Below, piece by piece: positions 30,907-45,002 of a stretch of DNA of 64,000 nt. A model generated the notes under the pieces. That model was not told the origin of the DNA and did no database searches. It saw nothing but the letters and a program-made list of their open reading frames with translations. The DNA lies in NCBI RefSeq assembly GCF_009914755.1, contig NC_060930.1, one strand, 5' to 3'. Numbering within the stretch: the first letter of the stretch is position 1; each line of letters starts with the position of its first letter. The stretch comes from the human T2T-CHM13v2.0 reference genome, Homo sapiens. The position numbers were made by a program, and so were the translations under genes.

Positions 30907-31276
30907 TGTCACTCAGTTTGGGCTGCCATAACAGAATACTATGGACCAAGTGACATCAACAACAAATACCCATTCCTTACCGTTCTAGAAGCTGGACGTC
31001 CAAGATCAGGATGCCAGCATGGCTGAGTTCTTGGGAAGGGCGCTCTTTGTTATGTCCTCATATGGCCTTTCTTGGTGCATGTATGTATGTCGAGAGGGAA
31101 GATGGGAGAGGGAGCTCTAACCTGTTTCTCTTCTCACAGGGACGCTAATCCTATCATGGGGGCCCCACCCTCATGACCTCATTTAACTCTCAAAAGCCCC
31201 ACCTCTGAAACCATCCCACTGGGGGTTGGGGTTTTAACATAAATTTTGGGGAGACACAATTATATAGTCTGTAACA
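30907..31276 (-). mobile_element. MLT1A-like MaLR solo LTR
   Basis: TG...CA termini; 5-bp TSD tggac / cggac. Confidence 0.85.
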
Positions 31277-31556
31277 CGGACTGAGTTATAACCCTGTAGT
31301 CAGGATACTCCATTCCTTTGCCTAGAGATGCTTGTAAGCCCTAGGTGAATTGTTACACTTGTCCTGAGGGCAGGGCAGTGGACAAGTCACATGGCTTATC
31401 AGTGATGAGGCTTGGGGGGTGCCATCCACCCAGCCAGCCAGGACATTGGTGTCTGGATTTTAGCCACAGTGAAAAACAAGGGTGAATTGCTTAATGGCTG
31501 CAATGCTGGGCAACTGACCAACTTCATTCATGACTTAAAAAAAAAAAAAAAATAAG

Positions 31557-31830
31557 GGCCGGGCACAGTGGCTCACGCCTGTAATCCCAGCACTTCTGTA
31601 GGCCAAGCCGAGGCAGGCGGATCATGAGGTCAGGAGTTTGAGACCAGCCTGACCAACATGGTGAAACCCTGTCTCTAATAAAAATACAAAAGTTAGCCAG
31701 TTATGGTGGTGTGCGCCTGTAATCACAGCTATTCAGGAGGCTGAGGCAGGAGAATTGCTGCCGAGACTGTGCCATTGCACTCCAGCCTGGGCGACAGAGT
31801 GAGACTCCTTCTCAAAAAAAAAAAAAAAAA
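31557..31830 (+). mobile_element. AluS (Sg-like) with ~28-nt right-arm deletion
   Basis: ggatcatgaggtcaggag; gagaattgct is joined directly to gccgaga at 31759/31760. Confidence 0.92.
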
Positions 31831-31849
31831 GTTGTTTTGCCAGTAAAAT

Positions 31850-33400
31850 GCATAAAATATGCCTATTGCTCAATAAATTGTCACAAAGTTAACCTCATGT
31901 AATCACCACTTAGATCAAGAAATAGAATACAGTATTGCCAAAGTGCTACTTCAGAATCACCTCTGTGCCTTCTAAGTGTAAGCAATATCTTGACTTTTAG
32001 ATAATCCTTCATTGCTTACCCATATAGTTTTACCACTTAAGATGGCATCTTCAAACAGAGTTTAGCTGCTTATTTTGCTCAACAGTTTTGAAGATTCATT
32101 TATATTGTTGCTTCTAGCTGAAGTTTATTCATGTTCTTTGTTGTGTGGGATTTTACTGTGTGACTATACTGTAGTTTAAGATTTGTATCCATTCTAGTGA
32201 TGATGGACATTTACATTTTTCTAGTTTTTGGCATTCATGAATAATATTGCTGTAAACATTCTTTTACATGTTTCCTGGTGAACATATATGTGCATTTGGT
32301 TGGGTTGATACCTCAGAATTTACTTGTTAGATCATACATAAAGTATCTCTATTTTCTACTTTAATGAATTATGCCAAATTATTTTCCAAAGTGGTTGTGC
32401 CAATTTACACTCCCATCAGGAGTGGTTAAGAGTTTTAATTGCTCCACATTCTAACTGACGCAATCTTTAAATTTTATTCATTTGAGTAGGTAGGTGTACA
32501 CTACTTTTGCTTGTGTTTTTTAAAAATAATAGCTTTAATAAGATACTGTTTCCATGCCATACAATTCACGCATTTAAAATGTACAACTCTTTAGCATGTT
32601 AGTTTTTATCATATCCACAGAATTGTGTAATCATCACTTACTGCTTATAATTTTTATTTTTCTGACTCCTAATGATGAGAACCTCTTCCCATGTGTATAG
32701 ATCATTTGGATTTCTTCTTATGTGATGTGTCTTTTAAAGTCTTTGGCTCATTTTTCTATTGGATTGTCCATCATTTTTTATTGTTTCATAAGAGTTTTTA
32801 AAAAATATTCTGCATATGAGCCTTTCTTCTACTTGTATTATAGCTTTTTACTCATTTAATAATACTGTCTGATAAGCAGAAGTTTTCATTTTTGTGGCAG
32901 TTAAACATTATTTTTCCTTTATGGTGAGAACCTTTTTGTATTTTGTTTAAGAAATACTGTATTCTCTTGACTCAGGTCGTGAAGTTACATATAATCTCCT
33001 ATGTTATCTTCTAGGAAGTTTGTTGTTTTGCCTTTCAGGTTTGTTTAGATCTGTGGTTCATTTGGAGGTAATTTTAATGTGTGGTGTGAGTTAGGGATGT
33101 CAACATCATCTATGTCCCACTGCTTGGCAGTGCCATCTTTGGCATAATTCAGTATCAGTTTATGCATGGGTCTGTTTTAAGGCTTTGTTTCTTATTCCAT
33201 CAATACAATAGTACATCTTTGTGCCAGTACCACATTGTTTTAATCATTGTAACTTTAGATGTGATTTGATATTTTATATCTGTCTAGGCAAGTCATCCTA
33301 CCTTTTCTTATTTTTCCTTTTCATTCAAGAGCGTATCGGCTATTCTTAACTCTTTGCATTTTCCTGTAAATTTTAAAACCAAGTCCCACAAAATATGTTT
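31850..33400 (-). mobile_element. Ancient L1M (3' UTR plus ORF2 end) with nested L1M 3' piece (~32515-32640)
   Basis: ttttccaaagtggttgtgccaatttacactcccatcagg, tttgtgccagtaccacattgttttaat and similar antisense L1 motifs. Confidence 0.8.
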
Positions 33401-35309
33401 GAATTTTGACTTTCTGTATCCATCTTTTTTTCTTTCTGTTTTTTACTAAGTGAATCCCAAAAAGATTATTTCTTCTTACTTAGTGAGTGACAATATGCCC
33501 GGTCTACCAAGTTCAGGTGCACTCTAGAAATGATGGCTGTAACAGAAGTCTGGCATTGGTTTTTGTAGGAACTAGCCTTTGGGCCAGCAGTTGTCCAGGC
33601 TTGAAAGCCATCTGCTCTTTATAATTTAGGGTACCAGGGTATACACCTTGAAGCTGAGGAAATCCAATCATTTTGGTTCCATGATGACTGAAGGAATGAA
33701 GCCCCAAACAATACCAAGTCACAGAAGATGCTCAGTAAATAACTGACCTCCTTCCATTCCTTGGCTTTGCCTTAACCACCTGTAAGGCTGTGCTTGACTA
33801 AGCACACAGCTGAACCAGGCCATAAATGTTGGGCCACATGCTACAACAGCAGTAGACCAATGGCTTTGGAGTTTGTGATCAGGGAAAGGAAATTCTTTTG
33901 GCTCTGCCATGTTGTCCATGATGCCAAGGAGACAAAGCTGTGAACACCACCAGAACAAATGTCTATTGACTGTGCCCTGCATTATCTTTACTGTTTCTGG
34001 GCAAATTCTGAAAATATCCCCAAAGCAATAATCATTTTGGTGTCTCTGGTTTCTATCTCGTTTTCTTTTCTTTTTTTTCTTTCTTTTTCTTTATATTATT
34101 ATTTTTTAATGAAGTCAACTTCTCAAACAAAACAACAAAACTCCAACACTGAATTATGCCTGGTTTTGCTGTCAGACCCTTGTCCGAGCCATGCACTTGG
34201 AAACAGTCATCAAGCTGCGAAGCTGCGTGTTATCCTAACTCCCCTTTGTTAACAGCTTCGTGTTGGCCCCTCTCCAGTTGCTGCCGCCAGCAGAGTGTCT
34301 CTGTTTTCAGACCATGTCATCCGGGACTTGCCAGCCTTCAGAGACATCATCTTCTCTGGTTATTGGAGACTTTGAAGGAACACTTTTCCTTTTGTTTTTC
34401 AAGACAGTAACTGTGGATATGATGTGAGAGGTTGACAGTAGTGATACCTTTGGTTTCTGTAGATGAAGGTTTTTTTTTTTTTTTTTAGGTTTATTGAAAC
34501 AAATGAGAATCTGTCAGCAGAAATGTCCTTTAAAATCACCCTTACTTTTGAAGAGTCACATAGAAGAGTTAAGATATGGCTACTTTCCAACTGGTCTCCC
34601 GGGGAGGGTTTGGAGCAGTTAGAGGGTCCTGTGAAAGCAGAATGACATGAATCAAAATAAAACCAAACATACAAATGACACATTAAATAGTAGCCATGGG
34701 CTACCTTTCCTTTTCTGATTTCTCTGGTTAGAAACTAAATGCAGGAAAGAGATAAGTATCTGGAGACAGTGCTTGAGGTGTGCTTCCCATCAGAGAACCA
34801 AGGAATTTTCACTTTTTGGCTTTCTTTCTGGGACTCCCATATCAGGATCAAGAGACGAGTTGGTTCCTATAGTGGTTTCCAGTTTGCTGTGAGTGGTGAG
34901 AGTTCAGAGAACTTCGGCAGTGTGCTAGACTTGACTTTGCAGCACAGACACCCTCTTCTCTTCTTGTCTTTCATTTTGCCCCCTCCCATATACCTGGTAC
35001 TCTCACACATTTCTCTTTCTCCAAACTTGAATAAAAATGACTCTCAGATTTTACATTCATCCTAAGGGAGAAATATTTGCAAAATCAGATGGACTCATGA
35101 GATCAGAAACCTGAAATGAAGAAATAAAACTCCATAGGCAGAATTCCAGGAATCATCCCGTTAGTGGGAGGGTTTTGAGTGGTTTTCTCTCCTTCCCTCT
35201 CTTTTCTTCTGCCTTTCTTTCATATCAAAAAGTCACAGACCTACTGCTTATTCTCCAGAAATGTACATCTAGTTAATGACACCATCCTACATAAACCAAA
35301 TGTGAGCAA

Positions 35310-35555
35310 TAATGACAATATAATAGCACCATGTATTCAGCATTTACTGAAACAATGTGCCAAGCAACTTAAATATGTCATCTCATTTAATTCTGAAAAT
35401 AACAATTCTGTGATGTCAGTAGTAGTATTCACCATATTTTTACAGATGGGGAAACTGAGGTTTAGAGAGATTAAGAGCTTGCCTAACAGCACACACTTAC
35501 CAAGTGAAGAGTCAGACTGGTCTGACTCCCAGCCACTACGCCATTCGCTGTGCCT
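35310..35555 (-). mobile_element. MIR SINE
   Basis: ttttacagatggggaaactgaggtttagagagattaag core. Confidence 0.85.
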
Positions 35556-36439
35556 GGCAGGCCACAGTGATTTTGATTGTAGGAGAATGAAAGAAAAGGT
35601 CAGTGAGGAAGGCTTTTCGGAGTTGGTGGGACCTGAGCTGGTCATGAAGAACATGTGGAAGAAGGGAGCAAGTGAGTGTCATGTATGGCCTTCTTACGCC
35701 CTCAACTCTGATCAGTTCTTTCCTTCAGAAGTAACAGTTCTTCTCCTCCCACACGTGAGCCTTTGGATGCAGTAGTTTTCCACTCTCAGTGAAAACTGGT
35801 TATCATTAATCACTGTATGCAGCCCTGTTTCCTTGGGGGGGTGGGGGTGCTTCTTTTGGATGCTGATAAATCTTTCTAATTAGCTGTAAAAATCATGAAA
35901 AAGTCGACATCGTGTTTTAATCATAAACCACTTGGGCCATTGGCATTCATGTCCTGGCTTGAATTCTTTTTATTTTTTTTTTTTGTTTACCAAATTGCTT
36001 TGAGTTTATGACATTTTTAGTAGATCTCCTGTAAGTCCACAGAGCTTGGGATTATAAAAGCTATAAATTGTTTTCAGTAACTCAATCAGAGAAAAGCAAA
36101 GCAAAAACAAAAACAAAAGGCATTGACACATTGTCAGTGATTTATTTTCCCATGTGTTGGTGGAATATTAAAGATCTTTGAGATCTTTTTAGATAATTCA
36201 GTGCAGGCCTGGTTCTAAGAATATAAGCTGGCACGATGATCAGCGAGAGAGTAAATGGGTTTGCTTTGCTTTTTTTTTTTTTTTTCTCTCAGGAGCTAAA
36301 GTGAACTCTTCCAAGAATCGGGAAGAAGAATGTGGGATTAGAAGTCACACTACAATTGTCCTTTAGTGTTGAATTGTAGTGTCAGAACAGTTTCAGAAAA
36401 TAAATCTCAGCTAAAATCTCCTCCATGTCATGGTATATC

Positions 36440-36615
36440 AATGATACTCAAACTTTAACATGGATCAGAATCATCTCGAGAGTTCTTTACAACACAGATA
36501 GCTATGCCCCAGCTCAGAGTATCAGAGTTAGTAGGTCTTGGATGGAGCCAGAGATTTGCATTTCTGACAACTTCTCAGATGATGCTGATGCTGCTGCCAC
36601 CAAATTTTGAGGGTC
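36440..36615. mobile_element. MER5A MITE
   Basis: ctcaaactttaacatggatcagaatcatctcg ... atttgcatttctgacaacttctcagatgatgctgatgctgc. Confidence 0.75.
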
Positions 36616-37212
36616 TGACTTCAATCTGAGCTCAGTGCTAACTAGCTGTGTGACTGAGCACTTCATGGCTCTGTCTCCTTGAATCACTTGCACCTAGTTC
36701 AGAGCAGGTTTAGAAACCACTGAGAGCCACTGTGATATAGTTAACAGCATCTACTAGGATCCCAGCTGACAAAAATATTTACTCACTGTTCCTTCCAGTT
36801 TGAGTAGGATTTGCTTTTCCTGAAAAATTGGTGGGCATTTTCTATTTCTAGGGAGCTCTGAAGTTGAACTAATGCTGCCCTTTAGCATAAGGTCATAGAA
36901 CACATGCTTCTGAGTCTGATCCTCATATGAATGTAAAAGCCCCAACATTGAGCACAGCATATTGTGGTTTGATATTTTCTTTCAACACTTGTATTATGAA
37001 AGGAAATCGGTGTTATTTCTGCAAATCCCATGCTTGTGTTCTTATCTTTGTGGATTCCACGGCACCTAACAGAATGTCTTGAGTATGGTAGGTGTTCAAA
37101 AAATGCTTACTGAGTTGAAAATTACAACTTAAACTTGATACCAAGAGCTCGTCTGTAAAATAGCATATATTGAGTATATAAAAATAATCAGAACAATTAC
37201 ATTTTATATGTG

Positions 37213-37575
37213 TATCTTAGTTCAGTTCAGGCTGCTATAACAATATCACATACTGGGTAGCTTAAATAACACAAATTTATTTCTCACAGTTCTGGAGGCT
37301 GGAAAGTCCAAGATCTAGGTGCCAGCAGATCTGGTTTATGGTGACAACCTTCTTCCTGGCTTGCAGATGTGTCTTATTGTATCCTCACATGGCAGAGAGC
37401 AGAGATCCTCTCTCTTATGTTTCTTCTTATAAGGACACTAATTCCATTCATGAATGTTCCACCCTCATGATCTAATTACCTCCCAAAGACCCTCACCTTC
37501 AAAACCATCACAGTTGGAATTCAGACTTCAACATATGGATTTTGGTTGGGGGACACAAACATTCGGTCCATAGCA
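37213..37575 (-). mobile_element. MLT1A0-like MaLR solo LTR
   Basis: tatcttagttcagttcaggctgctataac ... ggggacacaaacattcggtccatagca; TSD atgtg / gtgtg. Confidence 0.88.
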
Positions 37576-38370
37576 GTGTGTCTTAGGATTTCAACAGAGT
37601 TGGAAAACAAATATTTGTCTTCTTTAATCTTCACAAAAGTTACATGAAATGATGCAATCTTTGGGATTCAGATTATGGAAGATCCTACTTGAATTTTAGT
37701 GATCCCCTGACCAAGATTTCTAGGAGCAACTTTCTAGCACTATGCCTCTGTGAAAGGCATTTTCCCTGTAGTTATCAATGGCCGGGTGTCAAATGCAATT
37801 GGAAATGCAGCTTTATATTATAGCAGATACACTGTGGGCCCAAGTTGAGTACCACTACAGATGGAGCATTGTCCACTCTGAGCCCAGGAGAATGAGTGCA
37901 CTCCTACAGTCTCTGCTCTCCTTATGACTACTACAATGAGAGACTACCAAAAAGAGAGAGACTATTGAACTCTTTTCTCTTGGAAAATACAGTCTAAATC
38001 ATTGAATGCAGCACGCCAAATACATATTGATAATTCCATTTTTAATTTTTAAGTGTCAGGGAAAATTACTTTTTTTTTTAACTTAATGGAGTCCGTTAAT
38101 GGGAAATTATGTGTGACCCACTCTTGTTATCCATTCTCAAACGGATATTTAAATCACAGTCACAACATGAGACCACTTTGGAATAGTTACTTACCTAGTA
38201 ATCAAACAATTCATGTGACATGAATATAAAATTGTTCCTAGTTTTTTTTTTAGTCCTCTATTACAGTCAGTGGATATCAAAAAGTTGACTAGTTATATAC
38301 TAAGCCAAGATACTTTTGTGATTCTTAAAAGTATGTTATATTATTTTTCAGTGTCTTAGGGAGGACTCTG

Positions 38371-38739
38371 TTTATTAGTCTGTTCTCACGCTGCGAATAA
38401 AGACATACCCAAGACTGGGTAATTTATAAAGGAAATATGTTTAGTTGACTCACAGTTCAGCATGGCTGGGGAGGCCTCAAAAACTTACAGTCATGGCAGA
38501 AGGGGAAGCAACACCTCCTTCTTCACATGGCAGCAGCAAGGAGAAGCGCCCAGCAAAGGGGGTAAAGCCCCTTATAAAACCATCAAATCTCGTGAGAACT
38601 CACTGTCATGAGAACAGCATGAGGGTAACTGCCTCCAAGATTAAATGACCTCCCACCAGGTCCCTCCCATGACACGTGGGGATTATGGAAACTACAGTTC
38701 CAGATGAGATCTGAGTGGGGGCGTAGCCAAACCATATCA
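38371..38739 (-). mobile_element. THE1 (C/D-like) solo LTR
   Basis: tttattagtctgttctcacgctgc ... gccaaaccatatca; TSD ctctg / ctcca. Confidence 0.92.
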
Positions 38740-39915
38740 CTCCAGGAGATTCTTTTGGATATTAATATTAGGAATATCAGTATTTCTCCTTAACAAATAA
38801 TTTAATAGTGAACAATATGAAACACGGAGGACAATGCCGAGGTATTGTTTCCCTCAGGGATGCCTTCTCCAACTCCTGTATGTGTCTCTGTGTTTAATGC
38901 TCTCAAAGCACTTCTTATTACCCATAACCGCTGGATAGCATTGGACTGAAGCTTTCTTAAGCACAGGGCACAGGTTTTGTTTCTTCTGACAGGAGCATGA
39001 TATTTGTTGAATAAATAAGTTATATCTAGACTTTTCTCATCAAGGTAGACTTCTTGGGGTAGGTGTGGAAATATCTAAGCTCAAATATTTTAAATACCAC
39101 CTAGAGCTAAGAAAAATTACCAAGAAGGCCATTCAAATGGAGAGAAAAGACACTAGGGCCTAGGAGTTAGCTTTTTATTATTTTTGCTAGTTAGGCCATG
39201 GGCAATGTCTGTTTTTCTACATTCTTAGTGTAAAATATCTTTGTCACGCTTTTTTTCTTAAGAATTTTTTTATGTGTTATTTTCCTCAATCAGACAGAAT
39301 GTGCATCCAAAATGACAAAGTCTCAATTTTTTATTTCAATGAAACCTATGTAAATAGTAACTTACTTAATTCACCAGAATCCTCAGTGAACTGGATCCTG
39401 CCTGCATCAGACTTTAGGGAAAAAAAGGAAATAAAAAGAACAAATAATTAAACAATTATTTTCAAGACTAGCTGTCAGAAAAAAATCTAAAAGTCAGTAT
39501 TCATTCAGTTCATTTTTTAATTTATTGAAGTATATAAAAATAATTGATTTTCATGATTGTCTTCCGTCTGCACAATTTTTATTAATTTTTTAAAAATAAT
39601 AGTTGATAATACATTTTAGAAAAGTTCTCATAAGACCTCAAAAAATCATTTTAACATAAGCTGAACATCCTTTTCAGGGTGTCGAGTTTCTGCTATTGTG
39701 TTCTAAATGCCAATTAAGTGCTCTGTGTAAGAAAAACACATATTGTCTGCAAATTAATCAGGAAGACACATGCAGGATACCTTGAAACAACTGCTTTTCA
39801 CTCTCTTATTAAAGGAAAGTGTCAATGTAAAGAAGTCTTTACATTGAAATAACTATGTGAGATCCATAAATAAGGTTTTATTTAACTGCTAGTTCTTATT
39901 GCTCTGCAGGGGCTG

Positions 39916-40302
39916 TGAAATGGCTTGGATTTGTGTCCCCACCCCAATCTCATGTTGAATTGTAATCCCAAGTGTTGGAGGAGGGGCCTGGTGGGAGGTG
40001 ATTGGATCATGGGGACGGATTTCCCCCTTGCTATTCTCGTGATAGTGAGTTCTCATGAGATCCGATTGTTTAAAAGTGTGTAGCAGCCTCCCTCCCCCAC
40101 TTATCTCTCTTCCCCCTGCTCCAGCCACGTGGTGCTTGCCTGCTTCCCCTTTGCCTTCCTCCATGATTGTAAGTTTCCTGAGGCCTCCCCAGTCATGCTT
40201 CCTGTACAGCCTGTGGAACCATGAGCCAATTAAACCTCTTTTCTTTATAAATTATGCAGTCTCAGGTAGATCTTTATAGTAATGTGAGAATGGACTGATA
40301 CA
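39916..40302 (+). mobile_element. MSTA-like MaLR solo LTR
   Basis: tgaaatggcttggatttgtgtcccc ... gaatggactgataca; perfect TSD GGCTG at 39911-39915 and 40303-40307. Confidence 0.92.
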
Positions 40303-40334
40303 GGCTGCTGAGAAATGGTAATATTGTAGTGAAG

Positions 40335-40650
40335 GTAATTACCTCTAGCTGCTGCAACAGACAAATCCCCAAGTTTCCCACTCAAATAAAGTTTATTTTT
40401 TGCTCATGTGGGTCCAGTTTGTCCATCCATCTGGACCATAGATTCTCCAAGGTCATGGTTGCAAAGGAGAGGGAAGGTGGAAAAGGCACATGGCCTTTTA
40501 ACTGCCTTAGCCCAGAAGTGACATGTGTCACTGTGGTTCAGCATATTTGGCCAGATCTAATCACAGGGCCCCAAGGAACTGCAGGGGAGGCTGGGAAATG
40601 TATTTTATGAGTATGCATATGGTTAGTGAACATTAACTGCTTCTGCCACT
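40335..40650 (-). mobile_element. Old MLT1 (J/K/L-like) LTR
   Basis: ccagaagtgacatgtgtcact ... ctgcaggggaggctgggaaatgta ... ctgccac. Confidence 0.65.
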
Positions 40651-40794
40651 ATATTTTTGTCAACTAGAATTGTATGCATCCCCTTTTTCTACTTAGTGTG
40701 CTATTAAGGTTAGTAGGTTGTGGGGGGTTGGGGGTGGGAGGTAGGGAGAAACAGGATACAAGGATATGCATAGTGATGTCTTCTATCTTTTCTA

Positions 40795-41195
40795 GTAGCA
40801 GAACCCACATTTCCTTATGAGAACTGTCTGTCTTCCAATTACAGCTCTTATAGTCTGGCTTGACTGTTCCCTGGGCTGGGCATGTGCCCTATACCTGACC
40901 AACCAGAGATCATTGTAGGACAGAAGGGCGGGGCCATATCTGCCTATGTGACAATAATTGTGCCCATATAATGCCATCAGTGAATGTGTCCTTTGGAAAA
41001 TGAAGCCAAATCAAGAGACCATTGAGCCAAGAGAAAAGAGATAATTTGGATGGCATTGATAGATAGAACCTTTGGATCAAGCACTGCCAGTTCCTATCTT
41101 GACTTCCTCAATTATGCCAGCCAGGTATTCCTTTACTTTGAACTAGGTTGAGTTGGATTTCTGCAACTTGCAAATAAAAAAGATGAGCTAGTGGT
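40795..41195 (+). mobile_element. Old MLT1 (J-like) LTR
   Basis: Ends ggttgagttggatttctgcaacttgcaaataaaaaag. Confidence 0.55.
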
Positions 41196-42164
41196 TTTCA
41201 CTCCACAAAACTTCAAAACACCATCCTTTCACTCCTTTGTCTCTAAACTCGAATAACTACCCATTGCCTAAAAAAGTACTGATTATAGCCTCTACCTTTA
41301 CATGGTAGAATTGTTGCTTTTATGGTACAGTTACCATATAAATAAAAAATGTCTAATGTCCTGTGTGTGTCTCTCCTAACCCTAGTTCAACCATTGAAGA
41401 GTTTTTTTAATTAGCAGTCAGCTAATTACTACCTGAATTAAAATGGATTTAATTTTGGCAGCTAATCATTTCCACCTGTGAGGAATCAAATAGAAAAAAA
41501 GCTTGTAGAATATTAAGGGAGAGACTCCCCTCTATTCTGATCATCTCCACAAAAACCAGACTATTAGTCAATAGAAGGTTTTGCAAATATCAAAAGTCAA
41601 TCTGAGTAATGTTTTCTCTGGCCATGGCAGCATAAAGACATAGATCCCACAGCCAGATCCAAACTCTGTGGAGTGTTTCAGGGGATTTGGCTCAGTTACC
41701 CTATTTAACCCAACACTTCACAAGAAAAGTCTGAAAGAAGATATGCAATAACTTTCTGGTGACCCAAACTATTGCAACCTCAGTCCCTAAATCACATGAC
41801 ATTTGTTTACTTTCTTTCCAATGGGCTGATTAATTATTTGTCTTTATTTAGTGTTCTAAATCAGGAGCCAAAAGAAGTTGGAGCAGCTGGGGCCAATTTT
41901 TACATGTAAAACTAACAGAGCAATTTGGCTGTCTGATGCTGAACTGAAGAGTGACTTTCCTTTAACTTTGTCATCACTACAGCATCCAACCTGCCCTGTT
42001 CCAGATGTGCAACAACTGGGCTTTGAAAGAGTGTGACTAGAAAATCAAACAAGGCACGTGGACACACAAAGGAGATAAGAGGCTCCAAGAGATCACGTTC
42101 CTTTCTTGTGTAATTTCTTTCATCTAATTCTGTCAACATTTACTGGAAACCTCTATCTGGAACA

Positions 42165-42240
42165 CAGATTACCTCAAGTAATCTGCCTGCCTCAGCCTCC
42201 CAAAGAACTGGGACTGCAGGCATGAGCCACCACGCCCAGA
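42165..42240 (-). mobile_element. Alu left-arm fragment
   Basis: cctcaagtaatctgcctgcctcagcctcccaaag ... gagccaccacgcccag. Confidence 0.85.
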
Positions 42241-43484
42241 CAATTTATAATCCTAGTGATCATGTTAGAACAACATCTGTTGTCAACCAATCATTGAGTA
42301 TTTGTTGAGGATATTCTTCGTGCTACATTAAGTGAATGCAGGCAGCATATCAAGTCTCTACCTTTTTCACAACCTAGTTTGGTGAGATAATGTTAGTATA
42401 GATTAAGCAATTGTTACTAGTAAAAATCAGTATATTATTAATACTAAGTTGTGTGGCACAGACTAGAACTCTCAGAAAAGAGGCTGCAATCATAAATATG
42501 GTGAGAGTCAGAGATCCTTCTGGGCTTTAAAGAAATGCTTAATCATAGACTGTGTACCTATCCCCCTGCTGAACAAGACACATCCTTAGTTTCAAGACAG
42601 ACTGGGGTTTGGGAATATGGGTAGCTCTGTGCTAATGCATCACCCCACTGAGGAAACAGGGTTTGTATTCTACTTACTGTGGCTTCATTGCATAAATTTT
42701 ATGCTCATTGGAGAGAATATTTACTCACAATCTAGCCCATCCATTCTTATAAAAGAGACCTCTGAAAGGTAAGAGTCACTTTCCTGAGGGAAATGCAAGA
42801 CTCTGGGAGAGAGAGGGCACTTTGAGAATGGGAAAATTGCCTGTGAAATCAAATTTAGGCGAAAAGATAGCCCAGCAGCCATATGTAAATCATTCCCTCA
42901 TGTAGGAACAATGCTGTGCACTTGGTAATTCAATAGAAAACATTAGTCATTTATCATCCTTAATTATCAGTCATCTCTAACTGCATCTGGTTTGCATTTT
43001 TTATTAGAAAGGTTTTTTTTTTTTTGAGTTGGACTCAGGCATTTTTTTTCTTCCGTTCCTGATTTCATTTTGTTATTCTTTTTAAAATTCCATCACTAAT
43101 TCCCATGATGTGAAGAGGTTTCTATTTCATAAGACACAATAAATCAAGCAACGCCTCTGTTGTAACGTCGTCCTTACTGCGCATTTGTCATGGGCCCTGG
43201 ATTGCTGAGTTTACTCAAGGTTAGAGAGTCAAGCTGCTTTGAGGACACACTTGGCCAGTGCCGTGAGCATGCACGTAGCCCCATCAGAGGAGCCGAAGGT
43301 ATAAAACTTCCGTCAACTTGAGCGACCACAGCTGCTTCAGAAAAGTCATGGGGCAAAAAGTGACCCTGGGAGATTTTGAAGTTTGAGTGCTCTTGTCCTG
43401 GCACTCTGGACAGTGTATGATGGCCACGTCACACTTTTGTAGGAAGAACTCATGGTAACGAGTCATGTTTTTCTCTCATAGGAT

Positions 43485-43670
43485 AATAGTAACAGCGAAT
43501 ATTTATTAAGAATTTTCTGCGTGTTCTGCATTGTGCAACTTTTAAAATACATTGTCACATTCAATTCTCATGATAACCCTTTCGGGGGGAAATAGTATTT
43601 ATGTCTTTTAGATGAGTAAACTATGGACTTAGAAAGATGTAGTTGCTTGTTAAATTCTCAGCTGGTGAGT
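43485..43670 (-). mobile_element. MIR SINE
   Basis: atatttattaagaatttt ... ttttagatgagtaaactatggacttaga. Confidence 0.65.
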
Positions 43671-43732
43671 CCCTGGACCATAAAGGTAAAATAAATCATA
43701 ACCCTAAGCCTTCAGGAGGTAGGCCTATGTTA

Positions 43733-43966
43733 CAGTGTCTCCAGAGAGAATCATTTTAAACATGAAAATCCCAGGACAAGATAGCTAAGCTCCTAATTTA
43801 TTTATTTATTTTTCTACGGTAGGGGATTTATTTTTTTACTGAAGTTATAAGTTTATATGTTTAATTTAAAAATAATGGCTGTATTCAACAATTGGCTCAT
43901 GAAACTTCTGCAAATTTAACACCATGCTCTTGTGAGCTGGAGTGAGCTGGCATGAGCACACTACTG
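43733..43966. mobile_element. MER63-like hAT DNA element
   Basis: Terminus gtgagctggagtgagctggcatgagcacactactg resembles the recalled MER63 end. Confidence 0.5.
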
Positions 43967-44184
43967 CCCGTATTTAATGAGGTTGAGATGCCACAGCTTC
44001 CAAGGCATGAGGAGGAGGAGGGAATCTGAAGACAGACAAATAGGAATGTTGAAGTGGCTGTATCATGCTAACTGCACACTCATTCCCGACTACATTCCTC
44101 TAGAAAGCCCACAAGATATCTTCTTCACTAAGACTTCGATTTTTAAAAATTTTATTTCTTGTTATTTTGTTTTAGTTTAGTAGT

Positions 44185-44359
44185 ACCTTAGGAGGAAGGC
44201 AAGGGCTGAAAAACTACCTATTGAGTACTGTGCTCACGACCTGGGTGAAGGAATCATTTGTACTCCAGACCCCAATGACATGCAATCTACCCAAGTAACA
44301 AACCTGCACATGTACCTCCAAACCTAAAATAAAAGTTGAAAATGGAAAGAAAAAAAAAA
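44185..44359 (+). mobile_element. Short L1PA (15/16-like) 3' end inside ERVL gag
   Basis: gtaacaaacctgcacatgtacctccaaacctaaaataaaagttg plus A-tail. Confidence 0.85.
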
Positions 44360-44697
44360 GATTTTGAACTATGCGTTGGTGAAGGGATCACCAGCATCCT
44401 TGCAAAGCTCCGTGGTAAGCTAACTATGACCATGGAGGATGTGCCATTGATATGAGGATTCTGATTTCAATAGGGATGGTGGATTCCTGGAGTAGTAAAA
44501 GGCCAAGTAGCAGCACTGATCCACCAAACACAAGGTATGCACATTCACTATAAAGAGCAGCAGACATACTAGTGATCAGAAAGCGTTAGATCTTTGGTGG
44601 TGGCTAACTACCAGGGTGATTCTAAAAATGAAATAGGTGAGCAGTCTGCTAGTGTATTTTTTTATCTACATAACAGGAAAAAGAAAACCAACTCTAG

Positions 44698-45002
<305 letters not shown>

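Noticed and set aside
35179-35775. 198-aa ORF, the longest non-L1 ORF
   Set aside because: Non-ATG start, runs through an antisense MIR (QMGKLRFRE is the typical MIR translation), and has no recognisable domain.
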